From assembly GCA_017443235.1 (NCBI GenBank), contig JAFSOV010000016.1, forward strand, positions 9,525 through 73,524: DNA of 64,000 nt. Direction: 5' to 3'. A program made the translations under genes and the position numbers. The notes under the pieces are model-generated. The model had not been told where the DNA came from, did no database searches, and saw only the letters and a list, made by a program, of their open reading frames with translations. Source of the stretch: Alphaproteobacteria bacterium. Its GTDB lineage: Bacteria > Pseudomonadota > Alphaproteobacteria > Rs-D84. Positions within the stretch are counted from its first letter, which is position 1; the number at the start of each line of letters is the position of its first letter. Positions 36,221 through 44,948 of the stretch are shown piece by piece.

Positions 36221-36465
36221 TTTGTTATCATTATAAACATAAAACAACACCGTCAGGCACGACAAGAGAGTCGTCATCCCGCGGAAAAAAGCCGTCATCC
36301 CGTTGTAAAACGGGATCTGGTGGTTCACGACGAGACTGACAAGATCCCGGCCTGGACCACCCAAAAAATGCATTCGCATTTTTCGGGGCCCGGTGCGCCG
36401 GGATGACGAGAGAAAGGCGGTATGACGGTGGAGAGATTAACAAGCAAGCAAAAAGGAAGGGAAAT

Positions 36466-36978
36466 ATGAGGATTTCAATTCTTACCATTGGTGCGGTTGC
36501 ATCAATTATCGCAATCAATTCAGTTTCGGCGGATACAACATCAACCGTTACATCACGGGGATATGTTGATGCCGAAGTCGCAAAAAAGCAAAACATTATC
36601 CCAGAAGCATATATGAATTACGAAGAAAATGGCACTGGTGAAACCGTTGTCACATATACCAATAATGCCGGCGTACTTGGTGAACGTGAAATTATGAATA
36701 GTATTTACGATTATGATTATACTATGCCCAAACATAGTGACTGGTTGGTTAGCGCCGGCGCACTGGATGAAGCAATAAAACGGAACAAGTACGGGGTGTA
36801 CAATGTGGCGCAGAAGATTTGCACAGAATGGGTTGCCGGTCAGGCACAAACAGATGCAAATTGTCTACTTTGGGATTTGGTGCCGGTTAATATCAATTAT
36901 GAAAAATGTTACAGTAATCATGACTGCGCAATTAACGCGTGTTGTAGAAATAATGTTTGTGGTGATTGTCCAACTTAA
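36466..36978 (+). CDS. secreted cysteine-rich hypothetical protein
   Basis: AAGGAAGGG RBS. A signal peptide MRISILTIGAVASIIAINSVSA and a C-terminal Cys cluster CYSNHDCAINACCRNNVCGDC. Confidence 0.5.
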   Translation: MRISILTIGAVASIIAINSVSADTTSTVTSRGYVDAEVAKKQNIIPEAYMNYEENGTGETVVTYTNNAGVLGEREIMNSIYDYDYTMPKHSDWLVSAGALDEAIKRNKYGVYNVAQKICTEWVAGQAQTDANCLLWDLVPVNINYEKCYSNHDCAINACCRNNVCGDCPT

Positions 36979-36979
36979 T

Positions 36980-37546
36980 TTACCGCCCGCGATAGAGTTT
37001 GTTAAAATGCATTCTGCATACGGATTTATAATTTGAATCACCCAGGGCGAATTGTTCGCCGGCGCGCACAACGCGGCCGTTTGCATCGAACCGCAAATGG
37101 TGCGTTGCCATATGCAAACACCCCGGCATTTGACAGTTGGATTTCAGCAGGTGTAATTTCGCGCCCACTTCTACCAATCGTTTTGATGCCGGGAACATTT
37201 GTTCGTTGCTGTCCACCATTAAACCATAGCACATAACAATTTTACCCTTGGCATCGGCAATATATACCAACCTGTCGATGTCGGCGGGCGTAAAGAATTG
37301 AACTTCGTCCACCAATAACACCTGGGTTTCCGGTTTTATTGTGTATTCATCCAGTCCCCTTAACGCCAATGCGTCCACGTTCAATCCAATTCGCGATGTT
37401 ATCTTGGTTGCGCCGAAACGCGTGTCCATTGCGGGTTTTATAACCTCGGTCGCGATGCCGTTTTGCTTATAGTTATATGCGTTTATAATCAGTGCCGCCG
37501 ATTTTGAACTGCTCATCACGCCATAATGAAAATGCAGGTTTGCCAT
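36980..37546 (-). CDS. tdk: thymidine kinase
   Basis: P-loop GVMSSSKS, a DEVQFF motif, and C-terminal zinc-ribbon cysteines. Confidence 0.85.
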   Translation of the reverse strand: MANLHFHYGVMSSSKSAALIINAYNYKQNGIATEVIKPAMDTRFGATKITSRIGLNVDALALRGLDEYTIKPETQVLLVDEVQFFTPADIDRLVYIADAKGKIVMCYGLMVDSNEQMFPASKRLVEVGAKLHLLKSNCQMPGCLHMATHHLRFDANGRVVRAGEQFALGDSNYKSVCRMHFNKLYRGR

Positions 37547-37572
37547 TTCTTTTTCTCCTTTCATAAAACCCG

Positions 37573-38505
37573 TTAGATAACCATAGATTCCAATTTTTTA
37601 ATTCTTTTATCCACGGGCGGGTGTGTCGCCAATATTTCGCCCAGGAACGCCCGCCGGCCCAACGGGTTCGCAATGCAAACCGATGCCATCGCGCTTTGCC
37701 CCGCCAAAGATTTTACATTTGAATTGCCCGATATCTTTCGCAATGCGTTTGCCAATGCAATCGGGTTGCGCGTTATATAGGCGCCGGTCGCATCCGCCGC
37801 ATATTCGCGCCGACGTGAAATTGCCATGCGCAATATGGGCGTGATAATTACATTAAATACAGTAAACGCCAACCAAACCATCATTATAACCGCGGCACTG
37901 TTATTTTTTTCATCACTGCGCGGGGTGTGATATGTTATGCCGCGCAGAATCGCGTCTGCGATAAACACCGTGACACCAATACCCGTTATTATAAACATAT
38001 CCAATCGTATATCGCGATTGCCAATATGTGCCATTTCGTGTGCAATTACACCCTCCAGTTCCGTGCGGTCCAACTTTTGAATAATTCCGCGGGTCAGTGC
38101 AACCGTTGCATCACGCGGGGTGCGCCCCGTTGCAAATGCGTTCAGGCCATTATCATTCATCACATACACACGTGGCGTGGGCAACCCGGCCGCCAACGCA
38201 ACATTTTCAACCGATTTATAGATATATTTATAATCTGGGTCGGTTTCGTTTATCTGTTTGGCACCGGCCATAGAAAGCATCATAGAATCGCCAAACGCCC
38301 ATGATATAAGTGTCCATATTATACACACCGCAAACGTAGGCACCGCAACCGCAATCGCGGTATTTGCCGCGTCATTCGCCGGTTGCACAATCCAAGTGAA
38401 CAAAAACACCAATGCGACAAATATAACCGGAAACAAAATCACCAAGATTGCGGTCTTGATATTGTTCGCGCGAATATGGTCATAAACTGTTTTGATTTTC
38501 TTCAT
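37573..38505 (-). CDS. htpX: protease HtpX (M48 family)
   Basis: HEMAHIGNRD zinc motif and N-terminal TM helices. Confidence 0.85.
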   Translation of the reverse strand: MKKIKTVYDHIRANNIKTAILVILFPVIFVALVFLFTWIVQPANDAANTAIAVAVPTFAVCIIWTLISWAFGDSMMLSMAGAKQINETDPDYKYIYKSVENVALAAGLPTPRVYVMNDNGLNAFATGRTPRDATVALTRGIIQKLDRTELEGVIAHEMAHIGNRDIRLDMFIITGIGVTVFIADAILRGITYHTPRSDEKNNSAAVIMMVWLAFTVFNVIITPILRMAISRRREYAADATGAYITRNPIALANALRKISGNSNVKSLAGQSAMASVCIANPLGRRAFLGEILATHPPVDKRIKKLESMVI

Positions 38506-38564
38506 AGTGAAAATGGTATTAAAAAAAATAATCTATATCAACACATTTATTTTTTTACAAAAAT

Positions 38565-39443
38565 ATGATAAAATGCAGTATGCGATTAAAAATGATGGCG
38601 TTTTTATCGGTCTGCCTTTTTTGCGCGGTGGTTGCGCATGCCGGTTTTTTGCAACCAACGGAATTCCCCAAGGTTGTTGATGATTTGTCTTTTGTTGACC
38701 GAATGATGTTAAGAAGCGCAGATTACGATACACTGGAAAGTGTGTATGATGCAAATGGAAATTGTGTGTCGGGATGCGCATACGTTATGCCAAAATGGGA
38801 AGACCAATTGGCCGCGACCGAACGTTGGAATCGTATGGTGCATCAAGAATTGATAGACGAACATGGATACACCGAAAATGACGATGGTTCGTTGACCCCG
38901 CCACCGACAGATTATGAATATTATGATGAACAACCAACGGTTGAATTTCCATCGGGTTCGCCCGATACATCATACGTCGTGGAAAATTCAAATTGTGCAA
39001 CCCGAAATTCGTCTTTTGCCGCGGTTGATATTCCACGCGGCAATCCGTTGGGGTATATCGCATGTATAACATCCCCATATGGCCCACGCAGTCTTTTTGG
39101 TCGCAGTTTTCATCATGGTATGGATTTTAATACAAGAAGGGGAACACCCGTCTATGCGCCGGCAAACGGTGTTGTGGAATGGGTGTGCCGCGGCAGTAAA
39201 TCATGTGGAAACGGTCTGCAAATCAAACACGCCAATGGTTATTCTACGCGATATTGTCATTTCGATTATGTGGCGGTAAAGCAGGGTGACACTGTGTCGG
39301 CGGGCTGTTTAATTGGAAAAAGTGGCAACACCGGCCAAAGTACCGGGCCGCACCTGCATTATGCGGTTTTGAAAAACGGGACCGCCGTCAATCCCATTGA
39401 TTATATCGAGGCCGGTCATAAAAGTTGTTATGCTAAGAATTGA
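38565..39443 (+). CDS. M23-family metallopeptidase
   Basis: HHGMDF...TPVYAPANG...GNTGQSTGPHLHYAV motifs and a signal peptide. Confidence 0.75.
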   Translation: MIKCSMRLKMMAFLSVCLFCAVVAHAGFLQPTEFPKVVDDLSFVDRMMLRSADYDTLESVYDANGNCVSGCAYVMPKWEDQLAATERWNRMVHQELIDEHGYTENDDGSLTPPPTDYEYYDEQPTVEFPSGSPDTSYVVENSNCATRNSSFAAVDIPRGNPLGYIACITSPYGPRSLFGRSFHHGMDFNTRRGTPVYAPANGVVEWVCRGSKSCGNGLQIKHANGYSTRYCHFDYVAVKQGDTVSAGCLIGKSGNTGQSTGPHLHYAVLKNGTAVNPIDYIEAGHKSCYAKN

Positions 39444-39801
39444 TTTGCCGGAATTTAACGGCGAAACTGCCATTATTTAACGGGGTACACGATATTATAT
39501 AAGGGCTAAGCACACTGTCGCGAACCCAATCTTGGAATTTTATTTTCAATATACCACTGGCGCCGGTAATAATGGTCGCGCTTTTAGTGCCGGAACGCGC
39601 AATTTCCATAATTTCACCCCATGCCTGTTCAATGGTGTGCATATGCAAATCCAATGTCGTATGCGATGGAATTTTGACCGGCTTTGGAATCCGCTGTGAC
39701 AGGTGCAATTCACCGCGCACACGCCGGCGTGTGTCGTTATCATCGGGCGCAAATGGCGCGCCAATCATATCAGCAATATCTTGATCGGTAAGTTTTCGCA
39801 T
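39433..39801 (-). CDS. Smr-domain protein
   Basis: LDLHMHTIEQAW (LDLHG-type) Smr motif. Confidence 0.7.
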   Translation of the reverse strand: MRKLTDQDIADMIGAPFAPDDNDTRRRVRGELHLSQRIPKPVKIPSHTTLDLHMHTIEQAWGEIMEIARSGTKSATIITGASGILKIKFQDWVRDSVLSPYIISCTPLNNGSFAVKFRQINS

Positions 39802-39802
39802 A

Positions 39803-40528
39803 TTATTTGTCTAACTTTTTGGCCCAATCGCTTTCGGGAAAGTTCAATTTCAACATTTCCGCATACCCATCCGCTTGCTGCGGCAGGCCGATTGCCGTAT
39901 ATGCCTCGGTCAGTCTGTACATTGCTTCGGCCGGCATAACGGTCTCTGGTGCATCGGTAATAATGGATTGGAATTTTGTAATCGCCGCGCCCCAATTTTC
40001 TTTCTTCATATCGTTGCGCGCAGAATACATAACTTTGCCGGCAATATAGTTCTTTAAGATATTGATTTTATTTTTTGCGTTTTGTGCATACGGCGAACGG
40101 GGAAACCGGTCAACCAATTGTTGAAATTGTTGCAACGCATATACCGACATTCCCGGTTCGCGGCGAACATCACTGACCTGGCGATAATAACACATTCCGC
40201 GCAGGTATAATACATATGGAACATCACTGTGCCCGGGGTGGAACCGCATAAACCGGTCGGTGGTAAGCAATGCGCCGGCAAAATCATCGTCCAGATATTG
40301 CGAATATGCCGCCATAACCAGGGCATCTGCGGCCCAGGGACTGGCCGGGTATTGGGTCTCGATGGTTAAGAATTTTTCCGCCGCGTCATCATAGTCTTTA
40401 TCTTCGAATTCCGCATACGCCGCGTCATACAGGTCTGCCAACGGTTCTTGGGGAACGATTTTTTGTGTGTCGCCGGCGCATCCCGCCAGAATTCCCCCCA
40501 CCAAAGTCGCAAAAAATATTTTTTTCAT
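39803..40528 (-). CDS. bamD: outer membrane assembly lipoprotein BamD (YfiO)
   Basis: Lipobox LAGCAG and TPR-like repeats. Confidence 0.75.
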   Translation of the reverse strand: MKKIFFATLVGGILAGCAGDTQKIVPQEPLADLYDAAYAEFEDKDYDDAAEKFLTIETQYPASPWAADALVMAAYSQYLDDDFAGALLTTDRFMRFHPGHSDVPYVLYLRGMCYYRQVSDVRREPGMSVYALQQFQQLVDRFPRSPYAQNAKNKINILKNYIAGKVMYSARNDMKKENWGAAITKFQSIITDAPETVMPAEAMYRLTEAYTAIGLPQQADGYAEMLKLNFPESDWAKKLDK

Positions 40529-40563
40529 TTCTTTTAATCCTGTCTTGATTTTGTTATACCCGG

Positions 40564-42045
40564 ATGAGTATAATCCAAACTATGAAACTTGGCAAACATA
40601 TTTTCGGGGTCGGCGTTATGACCGGGATAAGTCGCGTATTTGGGTTCGTCCGCGATATGCTGATTGCGCGCGTGTTGGGGGCGGGGCGGCTGTCTGATAT
40701 ATTTTTGGCGGCGTTCAAATTGCCGAACCTTTTTCGCGATTTATTGGGCGAAGGCGCATTGTCCGCGATATTTATTCCTATGTACGCCGATTCACGGCAC
40801 GACGAATCGTTTGCGAAAAATGTGTTTTCTTGGTTGGCGGTTGTGTTGCTTGGCATAACCATCATATTTGAAATGTTTATGCCGATTGTGGTTTGGATTT
40901 TGGCGCCGGGCTTTGCAGACGTGCCGGGTAAAATGGAATTGACGGTCGTTATATCGCGCATAATGTTTTTCTATGTGATATTTATTTGCAGTGCGGCATT
41001 TTTGTCCGCGGTATTAAACGCATTCTCGCGGTTTATGTTGGCGGCATTTATGCCGGTAATGTTAAATATAATGTTGATTGGGGCGTTATTGGTGTCTATG
41101 CACATCGGCGCTTCAAATACTGTTTTGTATATAATGGCGGGAACGGTCGTTGCATCCGGGATAATCCAATGTTTGGTATTGTTGGCGCGCATACGGCATA
41201 AACACTTTGGATTGCATTTGGTTGTGCCGCGTATGACGCCGGGAATCAAGACGATGTTCAAACGATTCGGGGTCAGTATTATTGGCAATGGTTTTTATCA
41301 AATAACAATTATTCTGGGGACATTGGTGGCAAGTTTCGAAAGCGGCGCGGTTTCGTGGCTTTATTATTCTGACCGTATTGTTCAATTGCCGTTCGCAATG
41401 ATTGGTTTGGCGGTTGGAACGGTTTTGATGTCTTCGATTTCAAACGCGTTGGCGGATAAAAATATGCGCAGTGTTTATATTCAACAGAATTCGTCTATGC
41501 GGCAATCTATGATGTTGATAATGCCGTGCGTGGCGGGATTGTTCGTGTTGGCGGAACCAATTATAAAATACCTGTTTGAATATGGGGTGTGGACACCGGA
41601 ATCAACCCACGCGGTCGCCATTGCAATAATGATTCAGGTTTTTGTTTTGCCGGCCATGTTGATAAGCCAAATTTACAGTAAAACCCTGTACGCATCCCAA
41701 GATGTCAAAACACCGGTTAAAACCAGTATAACGTCATTGGCGGTTGCGTCTGTGATATATGTTGCGCTGTTCTGGTTTGTTGGATATTTGGCGATACCAA
41801 TTGGCGTGGTGGCCAGTGGTTATGTTAAAAACTATTTATTGGGACGTGCGTGTCGTCGGCGTGGCCTGACGCGGATGGATTCGCGGACCGTACGTGCGAT
41901 AGTATTGTTTGGGGGACTGTCGGCGGTGCTGGGGGTGGCGTTGTGGTTTGTGCCGATAACCGGGATTATTTCATTGGGATTGGCGATTGTGGGCTTTGGT
42001 GTTATTTATTTGCCAATTGCATTTTTGATGAACAGAAAAATATAA
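40564..42045 (+). CDS. murJ: lipid II flippase MurJ
   Basis: The N-terminus GVMTGISRVFGFVRDMLIARVLGAG...FLAAFKLPNLFR is canonical MurJ/MviN. Confidence 0.85.
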   Translation: MSIIQTMKLGKHIFGVGVMTGISRVFGFVRDMLIARVLGAGRLSDIFLAAFKLPNLFRDLLGEGALSAIFIPMYADSRHDESFAKNVFSWLAVVLLGITIIFEMFMPIVVWILAPGFADVPGKMELTVVISRIMFFYVIFICSAAFLSAVLNAFSRFMLAAFMPVMLNIMLIGALLVSMHIGASNTVLYIMAGTVVASGIIQCLVLLARIRHKHFGLHLVVPRMTPGIKTMFKRFGVSIIGNGFYQITIILGTLVASFESGAVSWLYYSDRIVQLPFAMIGLAVGTVLMSSISNALADKNMRSVYIQQNSSMRQSMMLIMPCVAGLFVLAEPIIKYLFEYGVWTPESTHAVAIAIMIQVFVLPAMLISQIYSKTLYASQDVKTPVKTSITSLAVASVIYVALFWFVGYLAIPIGVVASGYVKNYLLGRACRRRGLTRMDSRTVRAIVLFGGLSAVLGVALWFVPITGIISLGLAIVGFGVIYLPIAFLMNRKI

Positions 42046-42114
42046 CAAAATAAAGTTGAAACTTCGCTTTTTATATGATAGAATACATTGCATAAGAATG
42101 TAAGGAGTCCCATA

Positions 42115-42969
42115 ATGAAAAAATTGGTATCATTGGCGGTATTGACCGCTTTGCTTGCGGCATGTGCCGAAACGACTAAACCGGCCGAATATGGAACGGA
42201 TGGGTTTGGTGAAGAAACACTTGCCACAGAATCTTTTAATGACACATATTTGATGGCGGCCGCGCCCCGTTACTATATCGGTAATGCGTACAAGGTTGAA
42301 GATATTCAATATATTCCAACCGAAGATTATGCATATAATCAAACCGGTATGGCGGGTATAATTCCAACCGAATTAAACGGCACCAAGACCAGTAATGGCG
42401 AAACATACGATATGAATCAAATGGTCGCAACAAGTAAGACTTTGCCATTGCCAACAATTGCCAAGGTCACGAATTTAGAAAATGGTCAATCGGTTACGGT
42501 TCGTGTGAACAATCGTGGGCCATTTGTGAATACACGTATTATGGACTTGTCGCCGGCGGCGGCGGGTAAAATTGGGCTGACCAATCAATCCAAGGTCCAA
42601 GTTCAGGTTTTGCCGGAACAATCCATTGCGGTTAAAAATGCAACAATTGGTGACAAGGTGACAACCGCGGTCGAAGAAGAAACAACAACAACCGTTACCG
42701 CGCAACCGGCACCGGTCGCAAGCGCTTCCGGCGATTACAGTGTCCAAGTCGCGGCATTCTATGCCGAAGACAGTGCCAACGCATTGGTTCAAAAAATGCG
42801 TGCATATGGTGACGCAACCGTCGTCAAAGAAGGCGATATGTTCAAGGTTCGCATTGTGAACCTGGATGCGCCGTCTGCCCGTCGTGTTATCGATACATTA
42901 CGCAGCAACGAAGGTATGGCACCGGGTCTGTTAAAGAACGGTCGTTGGATAAATGCGGACAGCATTTAA
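42115..42969 (+). CDS. rlpA: septal ring lytic transglycosylase RlpA-like lipoprotein (DPBB + SPOR domains)
   Basis: AAGGAG RBS and a lipobox LLAAC. The DPBB region is TSNGETYDMNQMVATSKTLPLPTIAKVTNLENGQSVTVRVNNRGPF, and there is a C-terminal SPOR-like domain. Confidence 0.75.
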   Translation: MKKLVSLAVLTALLAACAETTKPAEYGTDGFGEETLATESFNDTYLMAAAPRYYIGNAYKVEDIQYIPTEDYAYNQTGMAGIIPTELNGTKTSNGETYDMNQMVATSKTLPLPTIAKVTNLENGQSVTVRVNNRGPFVNTRIMDLSPAAAGKIGLTNQSKVQVQVLPEQSIAVKNATIGDKVTTAVEEETTTTVTAQPAPVASASGDYSVQVAAFYAEDSANALVQKMRAYGDATVVKEGDMFKVRIVNLDAPSARRVIDTLRSNEGMAPGLLKNGRWINADSI

Positions 42970-43017
42970 CCCATAAAATTTTGGTTATTCAATCCCCATC
43001 ACGCGATGGGGATTTTT

Positions 43018-43536
43018 TTAACGCGAATTTTCGCCCATTTGATGTAATTTTGCAATGCTTTGCATCATATCTTGGGCGGTGCCAAGTGATTTGTATTTTA
43101 CACCGGCCTCGTCAAACATTTGAAACGATATACTAAGTGAATCGCGCCATCCCGGAATCTGCCTGTCGGGGTCGGGATCCAAATAAATTATTTCCCGAAT
43201 CCCACTTTGAATTATGGAACCCGCACAACGTGTGCATGGTGCCATTGTTGCATATAAAATTCCCCCGTCCAATCTGGTCCCATTTCGGCCCGCATTTAGC
43301 AGTGCGTTTTCTTCGGCATGAACAACAAAGTCATATTTTGTTGGGCGCGTCCATCTGGTTGGAACGTTATCTTTGATGCCACGCGGAAATCCGTTATACC
43401 CCATGGACAGTATCGTTTTATTTGGGCCAACAATTACACAACCAACCTTGGTACTGTTATCTTTGGACCATGTGGCGATAAGTTGCGCCATCTGCATAAA
43501 TCTGTAATTCCATTTATCATTGAACGTAAATTCCAT
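43018..43536 (-). CDS. dCMP deaminase (ComEB-type cytidine/deoxycytidylate deaminase)
   Basis: HAEENAL...PCTRCA zinc-binding motifs. Confidence 0.8.
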   Translation of the reverse strand: MEFTFNDKWNYRFMQMAQLIATWSKDNSTKVGCVIVGPNKTILSMGYNGFPRGIKDNVPTRWTRPTKYDFVVHAEENALLNAGRNGTRLDGGILYATMAPCTRCAGSIIQSGIREIIYLDPDPDRQIPGWRDSLSISFQMFDEAGVKYKSLGTAQDMMQSIAKLHQMGENSR

Positions 43537-43647
43537 AATGGTGCCTTTTTATGTTACGTTCTCTCTCTAATGATACAACTTACAATAACTCGGCGAATTT
43601 TCAAGTTTTTTGTTCACTTTTGAAATTTGTGTGTTATGCTTGTCGCT

Positions 43648-44541
43648 ATGACAAAGACATATTCTGGATTTATCGCAATTATTGGCCCGACAAATGCCGG
43701 GAAAAGTACCCTTATGAACCAAATTATGGGGCGCAAGGTGTCGATTGTTTCGCACAAGGTTCAAACCACGCGAACAAACCTGCGTGCCATTAAAATGGTG
43801 GGCGCGCGGCAATTGATATTTGTGGATACCCCGGGTATTTTTCGCCCCAATCGGCGACTGGACCGGGCGATGGTGGGTGCGGCGATGGACGCGTTGTCGG
43901 ATGCCGATGCGGTATTGCTGATTATCGATGCGACCAAGGGATTGACCGATACGGTGTGCGGTTTAATTGAAAAAATTCGCGAACATAAAAACCTGTTTGT
44001 GGCATTGAACAAGACGGACCGGGTGAAAAAGCCTGAATTGTTGCCGATTGCCGCAGAATTAAATAAAATGGCGCAATTTCGTGAAATATTTATGATTTCT
44101 GCCTTAAAGAACGATGGGGTCGCGGAAATGTTAAAATCTTTGGCATCCGTTATGCCGGAATCCCCATATTTGTTTGATGCGGTGGACAGTGTCGATGTGC
44201 CGGATAACCTGTATCTGGCGGAATTGACGCGGGAAAAGATATATCGATTTATTCACCAAGAATTGCCGTATCACATAAATGTTGTGACTGAACGCGTTGA
44301 TGTCGATGATGATGGCGTTTTGGACATATACCAAAAAATAGTGGTGGCCAGTGATACCCACAAAAAGATTGTTGTCGGGCGCGGCGGCGCGCAATTAAAG
44401 CAAATTGGAACGGCCGCCCGTCACGATATCCAAAACCAATGGGGGGTAAATGCACGTCTGCATTTGTTTGTGCGGGTCGAGGAAAATTGGGAAGACACGG
44501 CGGAAAATTACACCGACCAAGGTCTGGAATTCAAAAAATAA
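43648..44541 (+). CDS. era: GTPase Era
   Basis: GPTNAGKSTL G1 motif, a DTPG motif, and a C-terminal KH domain. Confidence 0.85.
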   Translation: MTKTYSGFIAIIGPTNAGKSTLMNQIMGRKVSIVSHKVQTTRTNLRAIKMVGARQLIFVDTPGIFRPNRRLDRAMVGAAMDALSDADAVLLIIDATKGLTDTVCGLIEKIREHKNLFVALNKTDRVKKPELLPIAAELNKMAQFREIFMISALKNDGVAEMLKSLASVMPESPYLFDAVDSVDVPDNLYLAELTREKIYRFIHQELPYHINVVTERVDVDDDGVLDIYQKIVVASDTHKKIVVGRGGAQLKQIGTAARHDIQNQWGVNARLHLFVRVEENWEDTAENYTDQGLEFKK

Positions 44542-44552
44542 AGGAATAAAAA

Positions 44553-44948
44553 ATGAAAAAAAATGTAAAAAATTTAACTTTGTTGTCGCTGTTGGCGTTG
44601 ATGGGTTGTGCAAACAACAAAAATATTGTGACCGATGCAACAATGAAACGTGCGGTTTTGCGCGATGTTAAAACGGGTCGCGAACGTGTGTATGATGCAT
44701 CCAATGATGATGCGATGAAGATGGTTTTAATATGGTTGGCACCGGGCGATACGGTGACATTAAGGTCACACGATTATGCGCGTGGTACGTTCTTTACACC
44801 GGAAAATTCGCAACTGTTATACAATGATGCCGAATTGGCCCGCAGAAAAGATTTGTTCGAACGTGAAAAAATCAGACAAATGGTTAAAATTGAATTTGCA
44901 AAACAAGAAGAAATGAGACGCCAAATACGGAATAACAATCAAAAATAA
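44553..44948 (+). CDS. lipoprotein, hypothetical
   Basis: Lipobox LALMGCAN. Confidence 0.45.
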   Translation: MKKNVKNLTLLSLLALMGCANNKNIVTDATMKRAVLRDVKTGRERVYDASNDDAMKMVLIWLAPGDTVTLRSHDYARGTFFTPENSQLLYNDAELARRKDLFEREKIRQMVKIEFAKQEEMRRQIRNNNQK

